A stretch of 61,019 bases of DNA from a virus. Its lineage: Duplodnaviria > Caudoviricetes. This document shows, in pieces, positions 8,750-18,614 of the stretch (the stretch's first letter is position 1; the number at the start of each line of letters is the position of its first letter). Both the position numbers and the translations under genes were made by a program. Where the stretch lies: positions 1 to 61,019 of the IMG/VR virus record IMGVR_UViG_3300031576_000044. One strand, 5' to 3'. The notes below the pieces were generated by a model. It ran no database searches. It was not told the origin of the DNA and saw nothing but the letters and a program-made list of their open reading frames with translations.

Positions 8750-9769
8750 ATGGTCTTGAGCGAAGGCCCGAAGAGCCCTGAAGGCGGCTGGCGCGACGAC
8801 CCCCAGGCCAGGCCCGACACCATCGCGCGGCTCGAGAAGGTGATCGAGATTCTCGCCGTCCACGGGTACGTGGAGACCGCCTGCCGCCAGGCCAAGTGCT
8901 CGAAGGACACCTTCTTCGACTTCCGGTCGCGCCATGCCGACTTCGCCGAGGAAGCGGCACAGGCCGTCGAGCGGGCGAGGACGGAGTTGGAGGCGACCGG
9001 CTGGGCCTGTGCCCGCAAGGCGCTCACCGACCAGCGCTACCTGCCCGCGCTCATCTTCACGCTCAAGGCCAAGGCGGGCTGGAAGGAGAGCGCGCGGCTC
9101 GATCTCAACTCCGACGGCAAGCGGACGAAGGACCCGCGCGACATAAGCGACGAGGAGCTGGTGGCCCTGATCCAGGAGGGCCGCGAGGTGCTCGGTGACG
9201 GCCGCCTCGTGCCGAATCGTGCCGACGACGCGCGCGGGGGGGGGGAGGGCAGGGGTGACCGGGTGCCCGAGGAGACGGTGGTGCGCCGCACCGAGTTCGT
9301 CCGTCGCGCCGTCGAGCGGGGTTGGCCGGCGAGCAGGGTCCAGGCCGAGCTCGGCATCCACCCCGACACGTACCGCCGCTACCGCCGGCGGGTCCGGAAG
9401 GTGCTGCCGCTGCTGATCGAGCCGCGAGTGGTTCGGGCGGACCTCGGGCGCTGCATTCTCAAGTTCGAGACCCAGGAGGACGACATCCTCCGCCGCCTCG
9501 AGGCGGTCACGGACCCCCGGGGAGCTGCGATGCTCCTGGGTGAGCTGACCCGGGTCCGCCAGACCCGGATCGCGCTCTACAAGGAGCTCGGGCTCTTCCA
9601 GGCACCGGTGACGCGGGAGACCGTCGAGCGCGACCTGCTCGAGCGCTTGCGGAAGCTCCCCGACGCCGAGTTCGAGCTCGAGGCGGCCAGGATCGTCGAG
9701 CTCGAGGCAGACACCGCCGACCCCTCACGGTTCGTCCGGCGGCTCGAGGCGGGCCCGCCGAGCACGTAG
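8750..9769 (+). CDS. Terminase small subunit-like; two HTH modules joined across a G10 tract
   Basis: Directly upstream of TerL; module 1 VETACRQAKCSKDTFF...ALIFTLK..GW..ISDEEL; module 2 ASRVQAELGIHPDTYRRY. Confidence 0.65.
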   Translation: MVLSEGPKSPEGGWRDDPQARPDTIARLEKVIEILAVHGYVETACRQAKCSKDTFFDFRSRHADFAEEAAQAVERARTELEATGWACARKALTDQRYLPALIFTLKAKAGWKESARLDLNSDGKRTKDPRDISDEELVALIQEGREVLGDGRLVPNRADDARGGGEGRGDRVPEETVVRRTEFVRRAVERGWPASRVQAELGIHPDTYRRYRRRVRKVLPLLIEPRVVRADLGRCILKFETQEDDILRRLEAVTDPRGAAMLLGELTRVRQTRIALYKELGLFQAPVTRETVERDLLERLRKLPDAEFELEAARIVELEADTADPSRFVRRLEAGPPST

Positions 9770-9772
9770 GCC

Positions 9773-11551
9773 ATGGCCACCGCCCCGGTGCCGGCGCCGG
9801 CGGCAGAGCCCGAGCGCCGTATCCCCCAGGAGGTCCTGCGGTGGCGCGAGCGCTGGCAGGACCCCGGTGAGCGGGCCCTCGATCTCGAGCGCTGCCGGCG
9901 GAGCCTCCTATGGTGGCAGCACCGCTGGGTCTACACCTTCGACCCGCATGGCCGGCCCAACCGGCGACGTCCGTTCCCGCGCTACCCCTACCTGGTGGAT
10001 CTCTCGCGGGCTTGGGGGGCCGGTCGCGCCGGTCAGGCCCCGGGCAACATGGGGATCTGGAAGCCACGTGCCCAGGTCGTCTCCTGGTGGTCGATGAGCG
10101 TGGCCACGCAGCTCCTCAACTACTCGCTCGAGCCCATCAGCGGCTTCGTGGTGTCCATGACCGTCGACCATGCGGACGACGGGGGGGAGCAGTCGACGCA
10201 CGAATCGCTGCTCGGGAAGGTGCGCTACATCTGGGAGCAGCTCGAGCCCTGGCACCGGGCGCCCCTCGAGTTCAAGCGCGGCATGGTGCGCAACCCGGTG
10301 ACGGGCTCCGTCCTCAAGGCGCTGCCGGCCAAGCGCGCCGGGCGCTCCGGCCAGTGGGACTTCGCCTTCCTCGACGAGATGGGGCACGTCGAGAAGTCCG
10401 AGCTGGTGATGGCGGCCGCCTCACAGGCCTGTCCCAACGGACAGATCTGGACCGGGACCCCGAACGGCATGCAGGGCGCGCTCTGGGTGCTCTACCAGGA
10501 GAAGCGACCCGACATGCAGCGGTTCTTCCTGGACTGGTGGCAGATCCCGGACCGGCGGCGGTGTCGGACCTGCGCGTCCGCCGAGCTCCTCGAGGAGAGC
10601 GTCGAGTGGAAGGGTCTTGAGGTGGGCGTGCGGCACCTACGCGACGACTGCGCGCCGACGGACGGCCTCTGGCGCGACCAGGTCCAGGACCGGTGGCGGT
10701 CGCCTTGGTTCGACAAGGCGTGCGCCAACCTGCCGAAGGTGCTGGTCTCCCAGGAGCTCGAGCGCGACTTCACCCGCTCCGCGGTCGGCCGCGTCTACGG
10801 GGACTTCCGCCGCGCGACCATGTTCCGGCTCGTGAAGCTCGACCGGCAGGCGAAGCACTTCATCTGGCGCGATTTCGGCGTGGGCGATGCGAGCGCCATC
10901 CTCTGGGTCCAGGTCCTGGGGGAGCAGGTCCAGATCCTCGAGGTCTACGAGAACAGCGGCGTGTCCGCGGAGCACTACTGCCTCTACGTCGCCTGGTGCC
11001 GGGGCGAGATGCAGGACGAGAACGGGAAGCTCTGGATCGGCGAGAAGCTGGCGGCGGAGTTCCGGCGCGCCTGGGGCGAGCCCGGCCGCTACCGAGGCCT
11101 CCGCTTCACCGAGGTGGGCGACCCCTCGGGCCGCAACCGCGACGCGATGCTCCAGGGCTGGTTCAAGTACCTGCGCCGCGGCGCCGAGCTGGAGCGAAGC
11201 GTCGCCGGCGGCGGGACGGAGACGGTGGTGGTCGGCAAGAGCTACGTCAAGCCGGCCCCGGACGTGAGCATGGACGACCGGATCCTGACGCTCCAGTGGG
11301 TGGTCGAGCGCGGCAAGCTGGTGGTGAACAGCGGGACCCACCTGGTGGAGGGCCAAGAGGTGCCGCTCGCGGAGCGTCTGGCGATCTGCCTCGAGAACTA
11401 CCGCTGGCCGACGAACGAGAGTGGGGCGGTGGTGGCGGCGACGAAGCCGCGACCGGTGCACGACGAGTTCTCGCACTCGACCACCGCGCTCGAGTTCGGG
11501 GTGACGTTCCTGTTCGGGGTGCGGCGGTTCCAGGCGGTGGCGATATCCTAG
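9773..11551 (+). CDS. terL: Terminase large subunit
   Basis: Walker A variant KPRAQVVSW, Walker B FLDEMG, motif III GTPNG, nuclease RDFGVGD, HDEFSH. Confidence 0.88.
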   Translation: MATAPVPAPAAEPERRIPQEVLRWRERWQDPGERALDLERCRRSLLWWQHRWVYTFDPHGRPNRRRPFPRYPYLVDLSRAWGAGRAGQAPGNMGIWKPRAQVVSWWSMSVATQLLNYSLEPISGFVVSMTVDHADDGGEQSTHESLLGKVRYIWEQLEPWHRAPLEFKRGMVRNPVTGSVLKALPAKRAGRSGQWDFAFLDEMGHVEKSELVMAAASQACPNGQIWTGTPNGMQGALWVLYQEKRPDMQRFFLDWWQIPDRRRCRTCASAELLEESVEWKGLEVGVRHLRDDCAPTDGLWRDQVQDRWRSPWFDKACANLPKVLVSQELERDFTRSAVGRVYGDFRRATMFRLVKLDRQAKHFIWRDFGVGDASAILWVQVLGEQVQILEVYENSGVSAEHYCLYVAWCRGEMQDENGKLWIGEKLAAEFRRAWGEPGRYRGLRFTEVGDPSGRNRDAMLQGWFKYLRRGAELERSVAGGGTETVVVGKSYVKPAPDVSMDDRILTLQWVVERGKLVVNSGTHLVEGQEVPLAERLAICLENYRWPTNESGAVVAATKPRPVHDEFSHSTTALEFGVTFLFGVRRFQAVAIS

Positions 11552-12282
11552 CGGCTGTCGTTTTTCTGCTCGCACGTGGTCGCATTCGAATCCGAATTCT
11601 CGCACAGCGCGAACGTCTCGCTCTGCAAATCGTAGCGCCAGCAGAAGGTCAGGGCGCAGGGCTTGAACCCATTGTGATAGCGGATCGTGCCCGAGATGTA
11701 GAGGGTATAGAGGCCGATCCGAGCTCCGGAAAGAAAGCTGTCGAGACGACCCGGAAGTAGCTCAACCGCGAAACGGGCGCTGTCACCGGCCGCCAGCGGC
11801 CTGTGGTGGCGGGGAATGCCGGTGGAGACGGGATAGGGAGGGTTCTCCCGAGGAACCCCTTTGTCATCACCAAGCTGATACATGGCAGCCAATGATTCAA
11901 CCACGATGCGGCTGGCAGTGGCATGTCCAGCGTTCTGCAACCCGACCTCAACTGTAGGCTTCTTGGCCGGTGGTGCGCTGTCTGGTGGAATGGCGAAGCC
12001 GCCGACGCTCACCGCAGCGAGCTCGGCGCGCTGGCTTGTCTCCAGGGTCTGCATCGCGACGCTCAGAGACCGCTCGGCCGCGGAAAGCGCCCTCCGTGTC
12101 AGGCACGCCTGCCACAGCGTAGCAGCTGTGTATACAGCGAGGAGGGCAAGCGTGCCGATCGACACGTAGAGCTTCAAGCGCTCTCTGGCCGTCCCGCACT
12201 CCACATGGACCTGCCTGGCTAGCGTCGCGAGCCATCGAAGCCCATCGAACGGATCGGGTGGTTCTTCCTCAACGTCTGGCAT
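11548..12282 (-). CDS. Membrane-anchored accessory (moron) protein
   Basis: Opposite strand between terL and portal; TM LYVSIGTLALLAVYTAATLW; lower GC; beta-rich C-domain. Confidence 0.7.
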   Translation of the reverse strand: MPDVEEEPPDPFDGLRWLATLARQVHVECGTARERLKLYVSIGTLALLAVYTAATLWQACLTRRALSAAERSLSVAMQTLETSQRAELAAVSVGGFAIPPDSAPPAKKPTVEVGLQNAGHATASRIVVESLAAMYQLGDDKGVPRENPPYPVSTGIPRHHRPLAAGDSARFAVELLPGRLDSFLSGARIGLYTLYISGTIRYHNGFKPCALTFCWRYDLQSETFALCENSDSNATTCEQKNDSR

Positions 12283-12374
12283 GGGCCGTTTCCCGGCATG
12301 ATAGCTCAGGCTCGGTCGCGCTTGTGCTCGCTTTCAGCGTAAACTGTTTGCATCGGACGAGCGCCGGAGGCCCG

Positions 12375-14117
12375 TTGGCCGAGCAGGCGCTGGAACTGAA
12401 GGACGAGAAGTTCATCGGCATCGTCGCCGACAGCGGCGACGCCAAGAAGCGCTTCTGGGTCGAGCAGACCTACGAGGGCTACGACAAGAACGTTGCCTGG
12501 TGGGACCTCCTGGACGAGCTCTGGGAGGGCGGCAAGACCTTCCAGGAAGGCCGCCACCTCGTCCCGCATCGCATCGAGATCGGCGACGACGGGAAGACCA
12601 CGCAGCGCTACGACCGGCGGCTGGAGCAGAGCTACGAGCCGTACCCGCTCGTGTCCGGCCTCATCGAGCCACTCACGGACTTCGTGGCCGCGCATCCACC
12701 GACCGCGGCCGAGCTGCCCCAGGACCTCGCCGATGTCGGTGACGTCGTCGAGGCTGCCGACCCCGGTCGCTCGCAGGACCTGACCGAGCAGTCGCTCGAC
12801 TTCTCCGAGGGGCTTCTGCGCTACGGCATCTACTACCGCGCCGTCGACACCGAGCTGACCCTCGCGAACCTGCTGCAGCTGGCGCGGCAGGCCGGCCTCG
12901 AGGAGCCGACCCTGGACCGGGACGGCAACCTGGTCGTGCCCGAGAGCCTGCGGCGCGAGCTCGGTGACCGAGGGCTCCCGTACAGCTACCTCATCCACCC
13001 CTCGTGCGTCCGCTGGGGCCGGCATGATCGGGCGGGGGCGCTCATCGAGGTCATCGTCACGGAGGAGCGGGACCGGGGCGCAACGCTCCAGTCCGGCCAG
13101 GCGGGGCGCGAGCTCGTGTACTGGCACCGCTCCACCACCGAGTGGGGGCTCTACCGGATCGACGAGGACGAAAAGGAAGACGTCGGGAGCCCGAACCGCC
13201 GCAAGCTCGTCCAGCTCGACGGCGGCACGTTCCCGAAGCCTCGCCCCGTGCCGGTGTACATCGGGCGCCTGCGGAAGACGCGCTCGCCCTGGCGCGGCCG
13301 CAGCTACGTCGAGGTCTGGGCGCTGCTCGAGCTGGCGGCCTACAACGTCGCGTCCTCGCTCACGTTCGCGCTCATCGATCAGGCCGCCACCCAGGTGTTC
13401 GCCCGGGCGGACCTGGGCCACCTCGACGACGACGAGCTGAAGAAGGCGGTCGCGCGGCTCGAGGACACGCTCGGCAAGCCGGGGATGATCCTCGACACGG
13501 TCACCGAGGTCGGCACCATCGACAAGAACTTCGCCAACGCGGCGCTGATGAAGGACCTGATCGATGACTTCCAGCGCTGGGCCTTCCACCAGACCGGGTT
13601 CCGCAGCAGGGCGATGGACAGCGCGGCCCCGGAGAGCGGGGTCGCGCAGATCACGCAGTTCCAGCTCGTCAATGCCACCCTCGCTCGGGTCGGTGGCGTG
13701 CTCGGGAAGTCCGAGGTCTTCGCGCTGCGGGAGTTCGCGCGGCTCCTCGGCAAGGACCCGGCCAAGGTTCAGCGGAACGCGCGCCAGTACCCCAAGCGCT
13801 ACGACACGAGGTCCGTCTCCGACCTGGTGATCATGCGCAAGGAACTGGACGGGCTGACCGCCCCCGAGGTCCTCAACGAGATGGTGGTGGAGATCCTGCG
13901 GAAGGGCTGGGGCGACCTGCCCCAGGAGCAGCTCGACAAGCTGGTGGAGTCCGCCAGGGTCTGGAAGCCCAGCGAAAGCGCGTTCGGGGCCGTGGAACGC
14001 TTCGGCCAGGAGGCGGCGGGAGGCGGCCCAGGAGGACTTCCGGCTGGCGACCGGGACGCTGACGAGGAGGACAACGGCGAGGGGCTGCCAGATTCCGGTG
14101 AGGAGCCCGCCGCGTGA
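12375..14117 (+). CDS. Portal protein
   Basis: Position, size, LWEGG...RYDRRLEQS, ESGVA motif, acidic tail; TTG start after GGAGG. Confidence 0.8.
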   Translation: MAEQALELKDEKFIGIVADSGDAKKRFWVEQTYEGYDKNVAWWDLLDELWEGGKTFQEGRHLVPHRIEIGDDGKTTQRYDRRLEQSYEPYPLVSGLIEPLTDFVAAHPPTAAELPQDLADVGDVVEAADPGRSQDLTEQSLDFSEGLLRYGIYYRAVDTELTLANLLQLARQAGLEEPTLDRDGNLVVPESLRRELGDRGLPYSYLIHPSCVRWGRHDRAGALIEVIVTEERDRGATLQSGQAGRELVYWHRSTTEWGLYRIDEDEKEDVGSPNRRKLVQLDGGTFPKPRPVPVYIGRLRKTRSPWRGRSYVEVWALLELAAYNVASSLTFALIDQAATQVFARADLGHLDDDELKKAVARLEDTLGKPGMILDTVTEVGTIDKNFANAALMKDLIDDFQRWAFHQTGFRSRAMDSAAPESGVAQITQFQLVNATLARVGGVLGKSEVFALREFARLLGKDPAKVQRNARQYPKRYDTRSVSDLVIMRKELDGLTAPEVLNEMVVEILRKGWGDLPQEQLDKLVESARVWKPSESAFGAVERFGQEAAGGGPGGLPAGDRDADEEDNGEGLPDSGEEPAA

Positions 14118-14261
14118 GCGTCGCCTTCTTCAGCACTCGGCCGCGCGCGCCCATCGCGCGAGAGCCGGTGCTCGCGTTCTCGGTCGACCCGGCGACGCTG
14201 GATATCGTTCCGACGCGACGTAGGCAACCGGCGACCGCGACCAGCGGGGCGTCCGCTGCCA

Positions 14262-14549
14262 CTACCGAGACGCCGGCGCCGGCGATCGCTGGAACGTCGA
14301 GGCGCCGGAGGCTCTCGGAGCGGGCGCAACCGGCGTAGGCGGATCGACTAGCGCCTCGAGCCGGACGCCCAGGGCGCGGGCGAGCGCTACCAGCTTCGAA
14401 CATCGGATGTCGCCGGCGAAACCTCCCTCGACCTTGGCGATGTAGCCCTCGGAGCAGTGGACGCCCAGCGAGCGCATCCGCTCGGCGACCTCCCAGCGCT
14501 TCAGCTTGGCTCGCTCTCGGGCGATCCGCACGCGTTGGCCGCTGAGCAC
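14262..14549 (-). CDS. XRE-family HTH regulator
   Basis: GQRVRIARERAKLKRWEVAE...YIAKVEGG...LVALARALGVRLEALV. Confidence 0.85.
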   Translation of the reverse strand: MLSGQRVRIARERAKLKRWEVAERMRSLGVHCSEGYIAKVEGGFAGDIRCSKLVALARALGVRLEALVDPPTPVAPAPRASGASTFQRSPAPASR

Positions 14550-14580
14550 GCACCCATTTTAGGCGGGAGAAATATCCTAT

Positions 14581-14623
14581 CCGCAAGAGGCATTCCGAAT
14601 TAGTGTACGCAATCCTCTTGCGG
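14581..14623. promoter_or_regulatory. 10-bp perfect inverted repeat in the divergent XRE/scaffold intergenic region
   Basis: CCGCAAGAGG-N23-CCTCTTGCGG in an AT-richer spacer. Confidence 0.55.
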
Positions 14624-14653
14624 CGCCGGGCTTGGATCCCGCACGCTGTTCCC

Positions 14654-15523
14654 ATGGCCGAAAAGCCTGGCGTTTCGCCGGAGGGTTCGTCCCATGAGGA
14701 CCCGCCTGCCGAGCCCGACGCCGATGCGGTGAAGCGCGCCGAAGAGGTTGCGGTTCAAGCCGAGGCCCGCTATCGCAAGCGCTGGAGCGATGCGTTCGGG
14801 AGGCTCCGCAAGGAGTTCCCGGACCTCCCCGAGACCGTGAAAGACGAGCGGTCCCTGGCCGAGCACCTGAAGCAGCGCCTCGCGAAGCCCACCCCGGAAG
14901 AACCCGAGCCCGAGTCGGACGACGAGCACCCCGAGGAACCATCCCGTAAGCCCCGCACCATCGGATTCGACCGCCACAAGGCCGAGCTCGCCCGCGCCCG
15001 GAAGGAAGCCGCTTCCGAGGCCTCGGGCCCGCTCAAGACGGAGCTCGACAAGCTCCGCGCCGAGACCGCTGAGCTGCACAAGAAGCTCCGGCGTGGCGTC
15101 GTCTACTCCGAGGTGCGCCGCCTCTGCGAGGACCCCGAGGTCGACCTCGTCCCCGACGGCGTCCTGCGCTACCTCGACGCACCCGATGCGGACGATCCGT
15201 TCGAGCTGCGACCCGGAGAGAAGCCGGGCTCGCTCCTCGTCTGGAACCGCAAGGACGACGAGGAAGCGACGGACGCCAAGGGCCAGCGCCTCGACGCGAT
15301 CGCGTACTTGGCGGGGCTGACGAAGCGGTCCGGCCTCGAGTACCTGAAGCGCACGCGTCTGTCCGGAGGCACGGGCGGCGGGAACGGCGCCAGCGCGGCG
15401 ACGAATCCCTCCGCGGCCGTACCCAAGAAGCGGACGAACGACCCCTGGGAGATGGAACCCGAGGAGGCCGTCGCCCGCGGCTGGGCCGAGGACGACGCGC
15501 GCAAGCAGAGGGCTCGAGCCTAG
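14654..15523 (+). CDS. Capsid scaffolding protein
   Basis: Charged coiled coil, Gly-rich GGTGGG near the C-terminus, precedes MCP. Confidence 0.75.
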   Translation: MAEKPGVSPEGSSHEDPPAEPDADAVKRAEEVAVQAEARYRKRWSDAFGRLRKEFPDLPETVKDERSLAEHLKQRLAKPTPEEPEPESDDEHPEEPSRKPRTIGFDRHKAELARARKEAASEASGPLKTELDKLRAETAELHKKLRRGVVYSEVRRLCEDPEVDLVPDGVLRYLDAPDADDPFELRPGEKPGSLLVWNRKDDEEATDAKGQRLDAIAYLAGLTKRSGLEYLKRTRLSGGTGGGNGASAATNPSAAVPKKRTNDPWEMEPEEAVARGWAEDDARKQRARA

Positions 15524-15576
15524 CTGCCGAAGCAGCCTCACGCAACGACTCGTCGGACGAGCCGTCGTGAGGCACC

Positions 15577-16497
15577 ATGGGAACGCTGCTCACCGAGCTG
15601 AGGAAGCTCACGCTCGGGACCAAGGAAGTCGGGCTCTTCAAGCACATCTTCAAGGAGGATCCCCTCCTCGGCGCCCTGCCGACGAAGCGGATCTCGTCCG
15701 ACCCGTACTACTACCAGCGCGAGAAGACGCGGCCCCCGGTCGGGCCCGTCGGCAGCGAGGGCGAGTTCATCGAGGGCACGCCCGAGTTCGACGAGCTCTC
15801 GGTGAAGCTGAAGCGCTTCGGCGGCCAGGTTCCCTACGACGACCTGGACATCAACGCGACCGCCGACGGCGACCCGCGCAGCTCCATCACCGAGCAGCTC
15901 GCCATGGCCACGATCGAGGAGGTCTCGCGGCTCCTGATCTACGGCGACGAGTCGACGAACGCCCTGCACTGGAACGGCCTGCGCAAGCTCTCCACGCTGA
16001 TCCCGGCCACGCAGAAGTACCAGATCGCCGACGCGACCACCAACGTGCTGGCGCTGAGGGACTTCTGGAAGGCCGAGACCCTGCTCCGGGCCGGGAAGGC
16101 GGGGGCCTTCTACATGGGGCCGACCGCCTTCATCCCCACCATCAAGGACAAGCTCGGCACGAACACGGCCGCGGCCGAGAAGATGCTACCCAACTTCGGG
16201 CGGCCCGTCCTGCACATCGGTCCCTACCCCTACTTCCCGAACGACCACCTGCTGATCACCGAGAACGGCACGGACTCGGCCGCCGGGACTTTCGGGTCGA
16301 TCTACCTGGTCGGCGCCGGCCCGCAGGCCTTCATGGCCGTCATCCCGAACAGCGGGGACAAGGCAGCGCGCGTCCAGACCATCGGCCCGCGGGAGAAGAA
16401 GGGCGGCTCCATCGTCCGCGCCGAGATCCAGATGGGCTTCGCGCTCCACTCCGCCTACGGCATGGTGCGCATGACGGGCATCGACCCGGCCAAGTAA
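15577..16497 (+). CDS. Major capsid protein (HK97 fold)
   Basis: LLGALP...YYYQREKT, LKRFGGQV, LIYGD...WNGLRK, GSIYLV, RMTGI. Confidence 0.85.
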   Translation: MGTLLTELRKLTLGTKEVGLFKHIFKEDPLLGALPTKRISSDPYYYQREKTRPPVGPVGSEGEFIEGTPEFDELSVKLKRFGGQVPYDDLDINATADGDPRSSITEQLAMATIEEVSRLLIYGDESTNALHWNGLRKLSTLIPATQKYQIADATTNVLALRDFWKAETLLRAGKAGAFYMGPTAFIPTIKDKLGTNTAAAEKMLPNFGRPVLHIGPYPYFPNDHLLITENGTDSAAGTFGSIYLVGAGPQAFMAVIPNSGDKAARVQTIGPREKKGGSIVRAEIQMGFALHSAYGMVRMTGIDPAK

Positions 16498-16537
16498 CCG
16501 CCGAGCTGGCAGGCTGGCAGGAAAGGAGAACTGAGAA

Positions 16538-16957
16538 ATGGCGTTCGCATACGTGGGAACAGGCGGCATCGTCCTCGAGGGCGGCCAGAGCTTCATCGTC
16601 ACCGCCAAGGCCGGCGTCTCGGGCGAGTGCGGAACGGTACTCGCCGTCGACGGCTCCAACGACGTCGTCCTGGCGCTGGCCACCGTCGGCACCGCGCTCA
16701 AGGGGTCCTTCGTCGCGCTGCATCCGTTCGCGGCCGGGGCGAAGGTCCGGGTCTCGCGCACCCCGGTGATCCAGGGCATCGTCTCGGGCGCGACCCCGGG
16801 GGCACCGATCTACGTCGCGGAGGGTACCGACTCCGGCAAGCTCACGGTGATCCAGCCCTCGACGATCGGGGACGTGAAGAGCGCGGTCGGCATGACGCCG
16901 GCCGCCGACGTCGTCGCCTTCAACTGCCCGAACCCCGACCAGCAGGTCGTCGCGTAA
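16538..16957 (+). CDS. Capsid decoration / cement protein
   Basis: Follows MCP; ATPGAPIYV..GKLT...VG. Confidence 0.7.
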   Translation: MAFAYVGTGGIVLEGGQSFIVTAKAGVSGECGTVLAVDGSNDVVLALATVGTALKGSFVALHPFAAGAKVRVSRTPVIQGIVSGATPGAPIYVAEGTDSGKLTVIQPSTIGDVKSAVGMTPAADVVAFNCPNPDQQVVA

Positions 16958-16966
16958 CCCAGTCAC

Positions 16967-16998
16967 GGCGCGGGCTCGGTCACGACCGGGCCCGCGCC
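16967..16998 (+). terminator. Strong GC hairpin after the capsid genes
   Basis: GGCGCGGGCTCGGTC-AC-GACCGGGCCCGCGCC; no U-tract. Confidence 0.5.
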
Positions 16999-17017
16999 CC
17001 CGTAGAGAGGTGGTCAG

Positions 17018-17710
17018 GTGGCGTTCAGCTACACGCCGGAGCTGCGAGACCCGGTCTCCCGGGTCCGCGGCCTCCTCGAGGACAAGACCGAGGACCGCGC
17101 GCACTGGTCCGATGAGGACATCCGGCTCGCGCTCGCGGAGACCGAGTGGAAGTCCTTCGTCTGGCTGCACTACGACACCACGGCCGACGCCGCCGCCACC
17201 TCGGCGAAGGTCGAAATCCGCATCGGAACCACCACCTATGAGCTGGTCCTCACGGTAACCACCGGGCCCAATGCCGGCACCGTGACGTTCGACCTGTCGA
17301 GGGATGCACGCTACGACCTCATCCACGAGTTGGTAGACGGGATCAACGCGCTCACGCCCACGTGGGTGGTGGGGCTCGACTCCGGGGAGCGGGTCGTCTG
17401 GCTGCCGCGGCCGCTCTCGGGCTGGCCCGGGACCTGGGCGTCATCGGCGGAGTACCGCGACGCGCTCGAGCGCAAATCGATGGACATGGCTTTGACGCCT
17501 GGAGCTCTCGAGGCCCTGGGCGTGCCGAACAAGCGCCGCCTCAGCCTCTACCAGCCGAAGGCGGCCTCTCGGCGCCTCCTGCGCCAGGCGCTGTCGAGCC
17601 TGGACCACGTCGACAGCATCACCGCCGGCGACGTGTCGCTCTCGAGGACCAACCTCCAGGACCGGCTGCGGCTGCTGAACGTCCCGGTGGCCGCGGGGGT
17701 GGCGCTGTGA
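17018..17710 (+). CDS. Head-tail adaptor protein with an inserted domain
   Basis: FSYTP...VSRVRGLLEDK...WSDEDI; ITAGDVSLS. Confidence 0.65.
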   Translation: MAFSYTPELRDPVSRVRGLLEDKTEDRAHWSDEDIRLALAETEWKSFVWLHYDTTADAAATSAKVEIRIGTTTYELVLTVTTGPNAGTVTFDLSRDARYDLIHELVDGINALTPTWVVGLDSGERVVWLPRPLSGWPGTWASSAEYRDALERKSMDMALTPGALEALGVPNKRRLSLYQPKAASRRLLRQALSSLDHVDSITAGDVSLSRTNLQDRLRLLNVPVAAGVAL

Positions 17711-17822
17711 ACCAGAAGGCCAAGTTGAATCGCTCGGCGGCGGGCGGCGGAGCTAACCATGGGCTCGTCCGACACGCGGCTCGCCGTCCGAGCGAGGTTC
17801 CCCCTCGAGGAGGTCCTCGCCG

Positions 17823-18173
17823 ATGACCGAGCTCGACCTCCACGAGAAGACCACGCTGGTCATCACCAGGACCTCCATGGTCTCGGTCGATGGCGGCGCC
17901 CAGGTCGAGGGCACCCCGAAGGCCATCGTCACCTGTCCAGCGGCCGTCGAGGACAACACCAGCGCCCTCAAGCGCACGCGCAGTGGCACGCGGATCACCC
18001 GCGGGGTGAAGGTCTACACGCGCAACTTGGCGGTCGTGCTTCCCGGTGATCGCGCCACCTTCTCCGCGTTCGGCCAGACCAACCTGGCCCTCCTGGTCGA
18101 TTCGGCCAAGCGCTACGACGTGCCGGGCTACCGCGGCCAGCAGATCCAGCTGGTCGACGAGCTGCGGGAGTAG
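17823..18173 (+). CDS. Head closure/stopper-like protein
   Basis: Position, size, beta-rich with PGDR motif. Confidence 0.55.
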   Translation: MTELDLHEKTTLVITRTSMVSVDGGAQVEGTPKAIVTCPAAVEDNTSALKRTRSGTRITRGVKVYTRNLAVVLPGDRATFSAFGQTNLALLVDSAKRYDVPGYRGQQIQLVDELRE

Positions 18174-18179
18174 CTGGCT

Positions 18180-18614
18180 ATGGCGACCATCGTCATCAAC
18201 AACCGGCAGGAGTGGGAGCAGTTCTCCCGACGCAGCCAGAGCATCTACCGCCAGCACCTGGTGCAGGGCATGACCAAGGCCGCGGACGAGATCGTCCAGG
18301 CCGCGCGCTCGGAACAGTACACCACCGGGACCTACCGAGACCGTACCGGGAACCTCCGCAACTCCACGGGCGTGGACACCGTCATCCGCGCCTCCGGAGG
18401 ACCGCTTAGCCTCGCCGAGGGGCAGGCGCTGGTGCATGAGACCCCAGCCTCCATCCTCATCGTGCTGCCAATCGGCATGGAGTACGCCACGCACGTCGCC
18501 GCCCGCGGGCCCTGGCCGGAGAACGTCGTCGAGGGACCGGCCCCCAAGATCATCGACCGGAACTTCCTCGAGTCCATGGACGCCGCGGTGCGCCGCATGG
18601 AGGCCGGCGCATGA
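18180..18614 (+). CDS. Neck protein (HK97 gp10-like)
   Basis: YRDRTGNLRNS...GMEYATHV. Confidence 0.75.
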   Translation: MATIVINNRQEWEQFSRRSQSIYRQHLVQGMTKAADEIVQAARSEQYTTGTYRDRTGNLRNSTGVDTVIRASGGPLSLAEGQALVHETPASILIVLPIGMEYATHVAARGPWPENVVEGPAPKIIDRNFLESMDAAVRRMEAGA

